NCBI GenBank assembly: GCA_964016885.1
Contig: OZ024747.1
Span: forward strand, 30,876,001 to 30,940,000
Reading direction: 5' to 3'
Source of the DNA: Eledone cirrhosa
Lineage: Eukaryota
DNA length: 64,000 bases
Every line of letters starts with the position of its first letter. Position 1 is the stretch's first letter. The position numbers were made by a program, and so were the translations under genes. This document shows, one piece after another, positions 39,010 to 52,299 of this stretch. Below the pieces are notes generated by a model that was not told the origin of the DNA, did no database searches, and worked only from the letters and a program-made list of their open reading frames with translations.

Positions 39010-40335
39010 ACTGGTGCAGTGGTATTCTTATAAATTGCTACAAAGGTAAAATGGATGCTCTGGAGAGGAGCAATTATAGGGGCATAAAACTGATGGATCA
39101 GGTTATGAAAGTGGCAGAAAGAATACTAGTGCAACTAATTAGAGAACAGGTCAAATTAGATGCGATGCAGTTTGGTTTTGTGCAATAGATGCCCTCTGCT
39201 TAGTAAGACCAACTACAAGAGAGGTTCTTAGAGAAGAATAAGCCACTATACTTAGCTTTTGTTGACCTAGAGAAGGCCTTTGATAGGGTACCCCGATCTG
39301 TCATCTGGTGGTCCCTAAGGAAACTAGATGTTGAGGAATGGCTTGTGAGGTCAGTGCAAGCTATGTACAGAGGAGCTGTCAGTAAAGTGAGAGTAGGAAT
39401 GGAGTTTAGTGAGGAATTCCAGATACAAGTAGGAGTGCATCAGGGTTAGGTTCTCAGCCCACTCTTATTCATTATAGTCCTCCAAGCCATAACAGAGGAG
39501 TTTAAGACTGGCTGCCCATGGGAACTTCTCTATGCTGACGATCTGGTACTTATAGCAGAATCAATTGAGGAGCTAGAGAATAAATTCTGACTATGGAAAC
39601 TGCAGTTGGAATCAAGAGGACTGAGAGTGAACCTAGCTAAGACTAAACTGTTGATAAGCAGGAAAGAGGACAAAACTCTGATTCCATCAGGGAAATGGTC
39701 ATGTTCGATATGTAGAAAAGGAGTTGGCACAAATTCTATAGAATGTACACAATGCAGATCTTGGGTATACAAGAGGTGTAGTGGAATAGCAGGCAAACTA
39801 ACAGGTTGGGAAAACTACATATACAGTAGATGTTCAGGGAAATTTGATAGTAGAAGTTGCAGTGATGGATACATTTTTCAAATGCAGATAGCATCCGATA
39901 CCTAGGTGATCAGATTAGCAAGGGGGGAGGGTGCTCCAAAGCCATAGTATCTCGAATAAGGACAGGTTGGAAGAAGTTTAGGGAGTTACTTCCTCTGTTG
40001 ACAAAGAAGGGTTTCTCCCTATGAACGAAAGACCGGTTATATGATGCTTGTGTGAGATGCGCGATGCTGCATAGTAGTAGGACATGGCCAGCAACTGTGG
40101 AGGATATGCGACGGCTGGAGGAAAATGAAGCAAGCATGCTCTATTGGATGTGCAATATGATGTGCATGAACGACTAAGCATAGATGAGTTGAGAGAGAAA
40201 CTGTGTATAAGAGGGATAAGTTGTAGTGTGCAGGAGAGAAGACTGCGATGGTATGAACATGTGATGCGCATGGAGGATGATTGCTGAGATAAGAAGTGCC
40301 AAGAAATCCCAGTAGATGATGATGATGATGATGAT
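39010..40335 (+). mobile_element. RTE-type LINE RT fragment, degenerate
   Basis: [38 protein letters not shown]; multiple stops. Confidence 0.88.
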
Positions 40336-40753
40336 TGAATATGTAAATTTATATTCAGTTTTCTCACTTAATACATACTTTTATTCTCATAAACTATTTT
40401 CTGATATGCAAGATGAGTTCAAGGAAGAATTCTAATTACATTCATAATGGATTAAGTTCTGAGAACAGAATATCTATGTGCTTTTAGAAGACTTAAGGAG
40501 ATTTTATTCAGTCAAATATAGATTCTTAATAATAACATTGGGAAATTTCCCAAGGGTGTTGTCTACGCAAACAGTGTACAGTTCATTTAAATTTAAATTG
40601 ATTAATATATCTTGGATTAATAATGTCCCATGACACACTTTCAATATTCAAGTGTCATATAAAATTTGACTTCATGTATATCCACTCAGTAGTAATCAAA
40701 CACATCAATATTATAACTGTTTTAACCTACAGAGAAAGAAACTGCTAAATAAT

Positions 40754-40939
40754 TGTTTCTACTTTAGGCACAAGGCCAGCAATTATCCAGTGCATTACTG
40801 GTACTTTATTTTATCGACCCCGTAAGGATGAAAGGCAAAGTCAACCTCGGCGGGATTTGAACTCGGATCGTAAAGGGACGTAACTATGCTGGAAAGCATG
40901 GCGTCCGACCCTCTACCGATACTGCCAATCCACCGCCCT
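40754..40939 (-). mobile_element. Young SINE with 17-bp TSD
   Basis: agaaactgctaaataat at 40737-40753 and 40940-40956. Confidence 0.9.
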
Positions 40940-41040
40940 AGAAACTGCTAAATAATGTTACACTTTTATGTTGGAATACTTTCATAAGACAACAGACTAC
41001 AAGGCAAATATGACCAAAACCAAACAAAAAGTGTTGGAAG

Positions 41041-41954
41041 TCAACCAAGGAGGGTTTTCTCCAACAGGAGTGAAAAGGCCCTGGAGAGGGTGGTGCTGTT
41101 TTTCTGATCCACTCTCCTAAAGTTGTCGCAGTGATTGTACCAGCATTCCTTAAATTTATTAGCCGTAGCTCCGATATAGATGAAGGTTTGGTTTTTGGTA
41201 CTCACCCTACATTCATAGACTAACCTACTGCTAAGGCACTTGCTTTCCAGGGGGCAGTCACCGGGGTTTCTACTATTACAACACGGAAGGGTATACCACA
41301 CGGATCACCGGGTCATGTTATATGACATTGATTGTTCATGGTTCATAATGTTACCATCGGAGGAAGAGGCATTTTTGTTGCACACCACCCCCTGGTTGCT
41401 GCCCCCAAGTTGCGGACATTTTTAATCTACTTCGGTTTAAGGCTTCTATATTTTGTGCTAGGTTTCTAGTTGTGGAGTAGGACAATTTAATTGTGTGCCT
41501 GTTGAAAATGGTGTGGTACCTGTGCTGTTTAGGGAGGTGTTTATCCAAGGCCCTGAAGAAAGAGGCTGTGAGTTGCTGCATAAACTGGTGTGGCAGGAGG
41601 GGTTAAACCATACAACATTGTGGGAATGGGTTCGTTTCCTGTTGTAGTCCATAGTCCCTCTACCCGTTCCATCTGAGTATGTGCTACACAGTTGCTATGG
41701 GCGCCTGGAAAGGCCACGCTCCCCGGTTTATCGTTGCCCATTGGGTTGGCGATGCCGAGCGGAGCACCCCGAGCTGTGTGGTCCCCATTTGGAGTGAGAG
41801 TAGCACTTTGTACTGTCCACGCTCACCCCTGGGCCCACACATGTCTCGCACGGCTCTATGCCAGCCTCCTCATTGTCCATTGTAAGCGAAGTCAGGTCCC
41901 TGCTTAATAAGTTTTGGTTTACAGTTCCTCTAGGATTAGTTTGTAGTGTGCCTA

Positions 41955-41955
<1 letters not shown>
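41041..41955 (-). mobile_element. Penelope-like fragment (linker + GIY-YIG)
   Basis: VVWFNP, FNRHTIKLSYS, CNSRNPGDCPLESKCL, LVYECRV...YIGATANKFKECWYNH. Confidence 0.85.
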
Positions 41956-41999
<44 letters not shown>

Positions 42000-42129
42000 T
42001 CGCTCAACATGGCTGAATACAATAAATGTAATCTAATTTTTCCGAATATTAATAATTAGACAATTCTATTGACTGATTAATTGCTTAAGTTTATTTAAAA
42101 ACAACCCGGTCGAGAGCTTACTTCGATGA

Positions 42130-43177
42130 AGGAAGAGGGCATCAGTGGTGCCTTTTTCTGGCACGAACCCAAACTGCATCTCATTTAGTTTAACCCGATC
42201 CCTAATCAACTGTGCTATAACTCTTTCCGATACTTTCATGACTTGATCCATCAGCTTTATACCTCTATGGATTCCTCTATCTAGTGCATCACCTTTACCC
42301 TTCTAGCTGTTAACAATGATGCTGTTGCACCAATCCTTTGGTATGACACCCTCTAGTATTACTTAGTTAACAATACGTGTGGTTATGGTGTGACTTACCG
42401 ATCCATATCCTCTCAGCATCTTGGCAGCTATATCCAATGAACTGCCTTACTCCGCTGCTGCTGACTTGTACTGCTGGCTCCTCTATAGGGTCCACTTGGG
42501 CTAGGGTCTCTTTATCCCATGCATTCTTTTCATTTAGTAATCTTTCATAATGGCTCTTCCACGCATCTTTCTTCTCAGCACTTGTGAGGGCAAGCTCACC
42601 TTTATTATTACAAGGGCGGTGGATTGGCAGTATCGGTAGAGGTTTGGACGCCATGCTTTGACGCATTGAGTTATGGCCCTTGCCATTCTGAGTTCAAATC
42701 CCGCCGAGGTTAATTTGCCTCTCATCCTTACGGGGTCGATAAAATAAAGTACCAGTAATACACTGGGTATTTGCTGGCCTTGTGCCAAAGTAGAAACAAT
42801 TATTACAGACACACTTCTCTCCAATGACATCACAATTTTCTCTAACACACTGCCTCGCAATCTTTAACACCTCCTAAAATCTGCTCCTCACACTGCAAAA
42901 CATGCTTGAATTTTCAATCCTCCACTTCCCTTCTAGCTTAGTATACTTGTTGCCTAGCTTCCCTCCTGGTCTGTATGTAATGTACCCTACTTCTCCCGTT
43001 CTTCCATTGTTTCCATTCCTGTCTCTTAGCCTTAATTGCCTCATCTACCTTATTGTTCCACCCCCAAGTCACTCTCTTTCTCCCTGTGGTCTTGCTCCAA
43101 CCACAGACCTCATCTGTCATCTTTAGTAAGTTATTTTTTAGGAACTCCCAATGCTCTTCTACCTTGAATGTCTCTAT
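42130..43177 (-). mobile_element. RTE-type LINE fragment interrupted by a SINE
   Basis: [26 protein letters not shown]; SINE at 42613-42798. Confidence 0.85.
42613..42798 (+). mobile_element. SINE nested in LINE, 9-bp TSD attattaca
   Basis: Same family as 32430; duplication at 42604-42612 and 42799-42807. Confidence 0.88.
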
Positions 43178-43553
43178 CTAGCATTGGGCTTGCAATCGAA
43201 AGGTTGTGAGTTCGATTCCCAGACTGGGTGATGTGTTGTTTCCTTGAGCAAGACACTTTATTTCACATGGCTTCAGTTTACTCAGCTGTAGAAATAAGAT
43301 GATAGGACTGGGGTCCCTATCATTCCACTGCAAAGTGGTCGTGGATGTGCCACGAAAAAAAAAAAAAGCACCCAGCCCACACTGTAAAGTGGATGTGTAG
43401 GCGCCAAGGAAAAAAAAGCACCCAGCACTCACTGTAAATGAGGTTGGTGTTAGGAAGGGCATCCAGCTGTAGAAATCAAGCCAGAATCAGTTCCCGTCCT
43501 ACTCTTGCAAGCAGGGAAAAGCGGAAGTAAAATGATGATGATGATGATGATGA
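43178..43553 (+). mobile_element. tRNA-derived SINE with RTE subfamily-B tail
   Basis: B-box gagttcgattccc, core ttccttgagcaagacact, tail cttgcaagcagggaaaagcggaagtaaa(atg)n. Confidence 0.85.
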
Positions 43554-43679
43554 TTATATATATATATATATATATATATAAAGAGAGAGATACATATGTA
43601 TATATATATGTATATATACATATATACATATGTACATATGTATATATACATATGTATATATATATATGTATATATACAA

Positions 43680-46211
43680 TTGACTGATTTAATTGGTATC
43701 TTCATTTTGAACTCTTTGAGTCGGAAAATTCCTCAACTTCGCGGTGGAATTTATCGTGACGATCGACTCTTTACTATCCTAAATTGCAATATAGTTAACC
43801 TTAATATTATTAAGAACAATATACGTAATCTCTTTAACCAACATAACCTAAAAATTGAATTTGATAATAGTATCAAACTAGCTAATTTCTTGGATGTATC
43901 TCTTAATCTTGACACTGGCCTATATTACCCTTACCATAAAAACAATGAGAACCTAAATTATGTTAACTTTAAATCTAACCATCCTACCAATATCAAGAAT
44001 GCTATAGTTAGTAATATTGGAAAAAGAATATCTAACATATCTTCTAATAAAAACATCTTTGATGCTAACGCCAATTACTATAATAACGCACTTTCTAAAG
44101 CCGGCTATCCAGATAAAATCAAATATAGTAAAGAAATAAATTCTAGAAAAACTTACAGTAGAATAATTAATCATGATCATTCCAATAATTTTAATAAAAG
44201 ACCTAGATACAAAAACATAATCTGGTAAAATGCTCCTTTCTCCATCTCTATTAATAACAATATTCCTAAATTATTTTTTAGTGCCTTAAATAAATGCTTC
44301 CCTCCCTCACATATCTATAGTAAAATATTTAACAAACACACCATCAAATTTTCTTATTCTACATCCTCCAATATTTCCAACATCATCTCTAAACACAACA
44401 ATAAAATACTAAATACTAAATCTCTTCCTTCCAACATTGAATTTCATAATAACAGTAATAGTACTCCCGACGTCATTGTAAACCCTAGGCTAACTTCTGT
44501 AAACCCAAATACAACGTCAAACACAACTTCGCTAAATGTTCATAATCCAACTCTAAATCAAGAAACTATTATTCCTATTATTCCTATCGCAAACAACTTC
44601 TCCAATCCAATTCCTTCTATAGATAACACTAGGTCACTCATTAATAATCTCTCTAATTGCAACTGCCGCATTAAAAATAAATGTCCTCTCAACAACCATT
44701 GTCTCGATAAAAACTTAATTTATGAATGTAAAGTTATAACTAGCACCAATTCCTTCACCTATTTTGGCTCCACTTCCACCTCTTTTAAAGCTCGTCTCTA
44801 TAATCACCATTCATCTTTCAAATACAAACTTAAAAGAACCAACACGGCTCTCTCAGAACTCATATGGTCCTTGAAAGACAAAAACATTAAATATACCATC
44901 TTTTGGAAGAAGGTTTCTTCTGCATCCTCATACTTGAACTGCTCTCTATCTAAAATCTGTAATCTCTGTCTAAATGAAAAATTTACCATTATCTCTAATC
45001 TAGATTCTATAATAAATAGACGTACAGATTTGTTTTCTATCTGCCTGCATAAATTCCATAGGACTTTTCACAAAGTATACAGTTAATATTCAATTCTTTA
45101 TCAATTTAGAATCTTTTCTCAAAGGCACATATACATACACCTCTTTAAAATATACCCATCTTCCTACCTTACTTCAAAGGGCATTATACACTCTATAATA
45201 CTTGTTTACTCATTACCCTCTTTCTATCTTCACCTTGTAAAATCCTTCATAACATATACATTTGTTTTTTTGACGTTAGAATATTCATCCGCAATTATTA
45301 TTATTTTATCCTCTCTATCATAAAACTTTTTAATCTCAATTTCATCCTTAATTTATTATTTTTTTCTCCCCATCAACGAACTCATTCTTAATACATATTA
45401 ACTCTTTATTCGCACATATTATCAATTCCTTCAATATACAAACTTTAACTTTACATTATTTTTCTCAAATCCTTCTACACACAAACCTTAATAATTTGTT
45501 CTCTTCGTTAATTTTGAAATTGCCACAATACTTATCAACATACACTTTTTTTGACGTTAGAATATTCATCCACAATTATTATTTTTTCTCTCTATCTTCA
45601 TACATAAATTCCCTTCGTTAATTTTCAAATTCTTTTAATTTATACATTATCTTCCAACGGTTCTCAACCTCTCTATGTAAAACAATATATCTTTTCTCAG
45701 TTATAAAAACTATCTCTTTCTCTCTATCACCCATCTCTCCCTCTCCACCTTCACTCTCATCTCCTCCCCCTTTTTTCATCCTCCCCTCCCCCTCCCTAAA
45801 TAAAATATTTTTTCCTCGTACATATCTTCCCTTCGTTAATTTTCAAATTCTTTTAATTTATACATTATCTTCCAACGGTTTTCAACCTCTCTATATAAAA
45901 CAATATATCTTCTCTCAGTTATAAAAACTATCTCTTTCTCTCTATCACCCATCTCTCCCTCTCATCTCCTCCCCTTTTTCATCCTCCCCCCCCCCTCTCT
46001 AAATAAAATATTTTTCCCAATATCACACATCAATCTAAAACCACTTTTCATATGTTGATTTAAAACTGCACTATCCACAAGTGTTTTTTAGCCTTCATAT
46101 CATGTTCTCCTGTTTTATCTGATGAAAACACAAATATTATTGGATGATGATGTTTGTTTTTGAAATGCGCATAATAAAATACATGGAACTCCTTTAACCA
46201 TCTTTTGATCT

Positions 46212-46220
<9 letters not shown>
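43680..46220 (+). mobile_element. 5'-truncated Penelope-like retroelement
   Basis: RT GIYRDD, ANFLDVSL, SNHP; in-frame stop at 44226; GIY-YIG region (CNCRIKNKCPL..CL..NLIYEC...YFGST) and CNLCLNEK...CLH to 45086; long 3' UTR with hammerhead. Confidence 0.92.
46111..46181 (+). ncRNA. Type I hammerhead ribozyme motif in Penelope 3' end
   Basis: tgttttat-CTGATGA-...-GAAA-TGCGCA-TA-ataaaata; same as 9751. Confidence 0.85.
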
Positions 46221-46254
<34 letters not shown>

Positions 46255-46266
46255 TATATACATATG

Positions 46267-46348
<82 letters not shown>

Positions 46349-46376
46349 CATATGTATATATATGTATATATATATG

Positions 46377-46436
<60 letters not shown>

Positions 46437-46442
46437 CATATG

Positions 46443-46522
<80 letters not shown>

Positions 46523-46550
46523 CATATGTATATATATGTATATATATATG

Positions 46551-46590
<40 letters not shown>

Positions 46591-46595
<5 letters not shown>

Positions 46596-49500
46596 ACGAT
46601 GCTATAAGCTTTTCTGGGTGGGAAATGACAATGGGCTGGGTGGGGTAGGAATTATGGTAGCAGAAAAGTGGGCAGATAAGATAATAGACGTAAATAGAGT
46701 GAATGACAGAATAATTACAATAAGACTTGTCCTCAGTAGAACGACGGTGACAGTAATATCTGCGTACGCACCCCAACCCGGACTGCCCAGCACTATAAAA
46801 GACAGATTCTATGAGACACTGATGCTCACTACCTCCCAAATAACCGACAGTGACTATATAATTATTTCAGGCGACCTAAATGGTCACGTTGGACAACATT
46901 GTGACGGCTACGACGAAATCCATGGAGGCTATGGTTTTGGTACTAGAAATGAGGAAGGCTCCAGAATCCTGGAATTCTGTGACGCAAATAACCTAACTAT
47001 CTGTAACACTAACTTCAAAAAACGTGACAATCACCTGATCACCTATAGATCGGGGGAACACACAAGCCAGGTAGATTATATCCTTACCAGAAGACGTGAG
47101 AGAGTGTCTGTTGTAAACACTAAACCCCTCCCCCATGAAAAATGCATCTCCCAACATAGACTGATAATTAGTGACCTAATAGTCAGGACGAGACGTACTA
47201 GGCAACAGAAGAGGACTATCCTCAGGAGAAAAATATGGAAGCTAAAGGACCCCACAGCCAGAAATAAATTCAAAAGTATACTACTTGATGCTTTCGACAG
47301 TAGGGAAGAGCAATTAGAGTCGTACAATATAGAGGAGCAGTGGGAATTCCTGACAGCAAACCTGCTGATGGCGGCAGACGAAGTCTGTGGCTGGAGCAGG
47401 CCTGTAGGCAGGAGGAGAGTAACATGGTGGTGGAACAGTAAGGTGGAGGGGTCAATTAAGGCCAAAAAGCAGGCTTGGAAAGTATGGCGGGATGGGGGAA
47501 GCAGAGAAGACTATCAAGTGGCCAGGAGGGAAGCTAGGAGACAAGTGTACTTCTCAAGAAGGGAAGCAGAGGAAAGAAAGTTCAAGCATGTTCTACAACG
47601 CGAGGACCAAAAACGTGAGGTGTTCAGGATTGCTAGGCAATGTGTCAAGGAAAACCGTGATATTGTCGTGGAGAAGTGTGTACTTAATGATGACGGCGTA
47701 CTTGCCATCACCGACGCTGATAAGAAGGTAGCTTGGAAGTGTCACTATGAAAGGCTACTAAATGAGGAGAATAAATGGGAGAAAGACAGTCTCCCCCACA
47801 TCGACCCAATAGAGGGACCAGCAGTGTTAGTCGAGGGTAGTATAATAAGTAAGGCAATCAAAGATATGAAGACGGGTAAGGCGGCTGGGCCTTCGGAAAT
47901 AGTTGCCGAGATGCTGAAGGCATCCGGTACGGTGGGACACACCATGGTCACCTGGATAGTCAACCAAGTCGTACAGAATGGGGTTGTTCCGAAGGACTGG
48001 CGTAGCAGCATCATCGTTAACTGTTATAAGGGTAAAGGAGATGCCCTAGATAGGAGTAACTATAGAGGCATTAAATTAATCGACCAGGTCATGAAGGTCA
48101 CGGAAAAAGTAATAGCGCAACTAATCAGAGAGAGAATTGATCTAGATGAAATGCAGTTCGGGTTTGTGTCAGGCAACAGTACCACAGACGCTCTTTTCAT
48201 TGTACGACAACTACAGGAGAAGTACCTAGCTAAAAGTAAACCCCTATACTTAGCTTTTGTCGACTTGGAGAAAGCCTTCGACATAGTCACCCGTTCCATT
48301 ATCTGGTGGGCTCTTAGAAAACTATGTGTTGACGAATGGCTTGTGAGAGCTATACAAGCCATGTATAAAGAAACAGTCAGCAAGGTTAGAATTAAAAACG
48401 AATATAGTGAAGAGTTTAGCGTAAAAGTTGGCATCCATCAGGGCTCTGTTCTCAGCCCCCTACTATTTATTATTGCCCTTCAGGCTATAACAGAGGAGTT
48501 CAAGACCGGTTGCCCATGGGAACTCCTATACGCAGATGACCTAACACTCATAGCTGAATCAATGGCCGAGCTAGAGGAGAAATTCCAAACATGGAAGCGC
48601 GGCCTAGAATCAAAAGGCCTTAAAATTAACCTGGCTAAAACTAAAGTTCTAGTTTGTAAGAAAGAAAATAAGGCGGCGGTCCCTTCCGGGAAGTGGCCAT
48701 GCTCAGTGTGTAGGAAAGGCGTGGGTAGAAACTTCATTTTGTGTCCCAAATGCAAAGTATGGGTGCATAAAAGATGTAGTGGGATCACAGGTAAGCTAAC
48801 TAAGAACATAGATTTTACATGTGGCCGGTGCTCTGGTGCAATAAGTAGCAGCAAGTGCCCATAAGATACTAGCTCTTTCAACTGCGCAGAGGGTTCTATA
48901 GAAATAGTGGACAGCTTCCGTTACCTGGGTGACAAAATCAGCAGTGGGGGAGGGTGCTCTGAAAGTACAGTAGCTAGAGTCAGAACTGGATGGAAAAAGT
49001 TCAGAGAGCTTATACCACTATTAGCCGCTAAAGGGTTCTCCCTAAAAATGAAAGGCAGGTTGTACGATGCCTGCATACGAACAGCAATGTTGCATGGCAG
49101 TGAGACCTTGGCATTGTATGTAGAGTATATACGCAGACTAGAGAGAAACGAAGCTTGCATGGTCCGCTGGATATGTAATAGTAATATACGTGAACGGCAA
49201 AGCATAAACGAACTAAGGAAAAAATTAGAAATAAGAGGGATCAGATGTTGTTTACTCGAGAGAAGGCTATGTTGGTATGGTCACGTGATGCGCATGAAGG
49301 ACGATAGCTGTATAACAAAGTGCAGGGCAATAAAGATAGACAGTAGCCACGGTCTAGGCAGACCCAGAAAAACCTGGGACGACTTGATAAATTCCGACCT
49401 CACACACTTAAACCTCTCCAAGACAATGTCACTGGACAAAGCTCTTTGGCACTTCAAAGTAATACAGAAGACCCGCCTTGCCTAAGTACAAAGCGAAACC

Positions 49501-49872
49501 TACAGTCAGTAGGCACCTCTAACAAAAATACACCCCTGTTCCACTACCCCACCCCATCCACACCACCCCCTTCAATGTGACGTTATGTTGGTCCCACAAC
49601 ATCCAGTACGAAACAAATGAGGTCGTGTAGGTGTCACAACAAAAAAACACACAGTCCACGCTGTAATGTGGCCGTGTAGGTAACACGGTAAAAACCTCCC
49701 AGTCCACACTGTAAATGTGGTTGGTATTAGGAAGGGCATCCAGCCGTAGAAAACCCGCCAGACAGTCCTATACAAGCAGGACAACCAATCTTGCCTCAAG
49801 TGGGAAAACTCCCGTCCAAACCCATGCAAGCGTGGAAGATGGACGTTAAACGATGATGATGATGATGATGAT
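46591..49872 (+). mobile_element. RTE-type LINE, slightly 5'-truncated, one in-frame stop
   Basis: APE ([20 protein letters not shown]), RT (LYADDL), PHD-like C4HC3 insert, thumb 48907-49485 after TAA at 48862; (gat)n tail. Confidence 0.95.
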
Positions 49873-49873
49873 C

Positions 49874-49906
<33 letters not shown>

Positions 49907-50188
49907 CATATATACATATATATCAGAGGTATATATTGATTTAGAAACTCAAAATAGTATCTTACAATTAAATAGCTCAAAGAAAGAAGTTTTCCTGAGA
50001 CATGTAATATAATTGAATATACAAGAGAGGTAAACACAAATTCAAACATACATTTGTTCGAATTGTAAGGGAGCAAGTTCGCTAGGGTGAAACATTTATT
50101 ACTTTAAATTGAGTCTGGCAAACCGTACTTACAGAGTTAGTATTTTTTCATCCTTGATATTCAATTATATATATATATATATATATAT

Positions 50189-50190
<2 letters not shown>

Positions 50191-50220
<30 letters not shown>

Positions 50221-51185
50221 TTTACGTCCGCTTTTCCCTGCTTGCAAGGGTGGGACGGGTCTTATTCAGCACAGCATCTCTCCACTCGTCATGGTCCCTC
50301 GTCATCTCCACCGTGAGCTTCAATGATCTGAGGTCTGTTCTCACCACCTCCACCCATGTTTTTCGTGGTCTACCTCTACCACGTCTTCCTTCAACTGGCA
50401 ATTCCTGGCACTTCTTCACCCATCGGTCATCCTCCATGCGCATCACATGTCCATACCACCTCAGTCTCCTCTCCCATACACTACATTCTATCCCTCTCAG
50501 ACACAGTTTCTCTCTCAACACATTTATGCTGGGTCGTTCACGCACATTTACACTGCACATCCAACGGAGCATGCTTGCCTCATTTCTCTCCAGCCGTCGC
50601 ATATCCTCTGCAGTTGCTGCCCATGTCTCACTACCATGCAGCATCGCGCTCCTCACACAGGCATCATACAACCGGCCTTTCGTACGCAGGGAGAAACCCT
50701 TCTTCATCAACAGAGGAAGCAGCTCCCTAAACTTCTTCCAACCCGTCCTTATTCTAGATACTATGGCCTCGGAACACCCTCCTCCCATGCCAATCTGATC
50801 TCCTAGGTACCGGAAGCTATCCACCACTTCTATAGCGCCCTCTTGCATTTGAAAAATGTGTCTATCATTGCGACTTCTACTGTCTAATTTCCCTGTACAT
50901 CTACTGCATACATATTTCTCCCTACCTGTTAGTTTGCCTGCTATCCCGCTACATCTCTTGTGTACTCAGGATCTGCCTTGTGCGCATTTTATAGAATTTA
51001 TGCCAGTTCCTTTTCTGCATATCGAACATGGCCATTTCCCTGACGGAATCAGGGTTTTGTCCTCTTTTCTACTCATCAACACTTTTGTCTTAGCTAGATT
51101 CACTCTCAGTCCTCTTGCTTCCAACTGCTGTTTCCATAGCCAGAATTTATTCTCCAGCTCCTCTACTGATTCTGCTATAAGAACC

Positions 51186-51189
<4 letters not shown>
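50191..51189 (-). mobile_element. RTE-type LINE subfamily B, 3' fragment
   Basis: ORF 50222-50848 ([24 protein letters not shown]) runs directly into an (atg)n tail. Confidence 0.9.
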
Positions 51190-51220
<31 letters not shown>

Positions 51221-51223
<3 letters not shown>

Positions 51224-51516
51224 TCATCATCATCATCATTTTACGTCCAATCTTTTCCCTGCTTGCAAGGGTGGGATGGGAACTGATTCTGGCTTGATTT
51301 CTACAGCTGGATGCCCTCCCTAACACCAACCTCATTTACAGTGAGTGATGTGTGCTTTTTTGTCGTGACACCTCCACGACCACTTTGAGTAAACTGGAGC
51401 AATGTGAAATAAAGTGTTTTGCTCAAGGAAACAACACATCACCCGGTCTGAGAATTGAACTTACAACCTTTCGATTGCAAGGCCAATGTTCTAACCACTA
51501 AGCCATGTGCCTCCAT
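51221..51516 (-). mobile_element. SINE, same family as 43178
   Basis: Minus starts ggaggcacatggcttagtggttag; subfamily-B tail. Confidence 0.8.
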
Positions 51517-51597
<81 letters not shown>

Positions 51598-51602
51598 TTA
51601 CA

Positions 51603-51636
<34 letters not shown>

Positions 51637-51679
51637 CATATATATATACATGTACATATATACTTATACATATATATAT

Positions 51680-52135
51680 AATAAATGTAATCTGAGTTTT
51701 TCGAATATTAATAATAATATTTGATTCATTTGCAATCATGTAAACAAGCCTCATTTTTAAAGCCATGTCCGTAGAATGAGCCCCTCATTCTTGCTCCTGT
51801 TTTGGCATGTAAACAGAACTGCAGACACCAATGTTTCTGGGTATTACCCTTCATCAGTACAATTCACTGTTCACTTGCCAACTATCAGAGCTAGTGAAAA
51901 TATATATTTTCTAAAATATACAGTGACTGACCGGCCGGATTTGCATATTAGTAGACCAGTTGGTCAGTCAGATCTGCATGTTAGTAGATCCACTGATCAG
52001 CCAGATTTCCATATCAGCAGACTGGCCAGTCAGCGATCAATGGTCGGCTTTTTCATATTAAAAAAAAAATAAATAAATATTTTCGCTCTACATGGCTGAA
52101 TATAATAAACATAATTTGAGTTTTTCGAATATTAA
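51680..52135 (-). mobile_element. Retrozyme-like 424-bp monomer with ~32-bp terminal redundancy
   Basis: aataaa..taat.tgagtttttcgaatattaa at 51680 and 52104; internal hammerhead. Confidence 0.6.
51816..51865 (-). ncRNA. Type I hammerhead ribozyme motif
   Basis: Minus: gaattgta-CTGATGA-aggg(taata)ccca-GAAA-CA(ttgg)TG-TC-tgcagttc; 8-bp stem I, GUC triplet. Confidence 0.8.
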
Positions 52136-52299
52136 AGGTAAAACAAAAAACAAAAGCAATAACGAAGAGTGTAGTAGAAAGTGTTAGTATTAGGTTCACA
52201 CTTGAGAGTGCCGGATGGGGGACGACGTTTCGGGAATAAGCCCTTCATCAGGAGAAAAGTGGGAAGAAAAAGGGTTCCGAGGATGTGAGGAAGAGTGGT

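Noticed and set aside
43178-43225. tRNA-like B-box sequences
   Set aside because: SINE heads; no complete cloverleaf or acceptor stem
46194-46590. Long Y/I/M/C/V/H/T-rich ORFs, including the N-terminus of the 866-aa ORF, here and across the window
   Set aside because: Translations of (TA)n/(CA)n/(TATG)n microsatellites, which lack stop codons; not genes
52221-52251. Minus-strand CTGATGA-aggg(cttatt)ccc-GAAA-CGTCG-TC
   Set aside because: Core and stem II are present but no stem I partner was found; counted only as a partial motif
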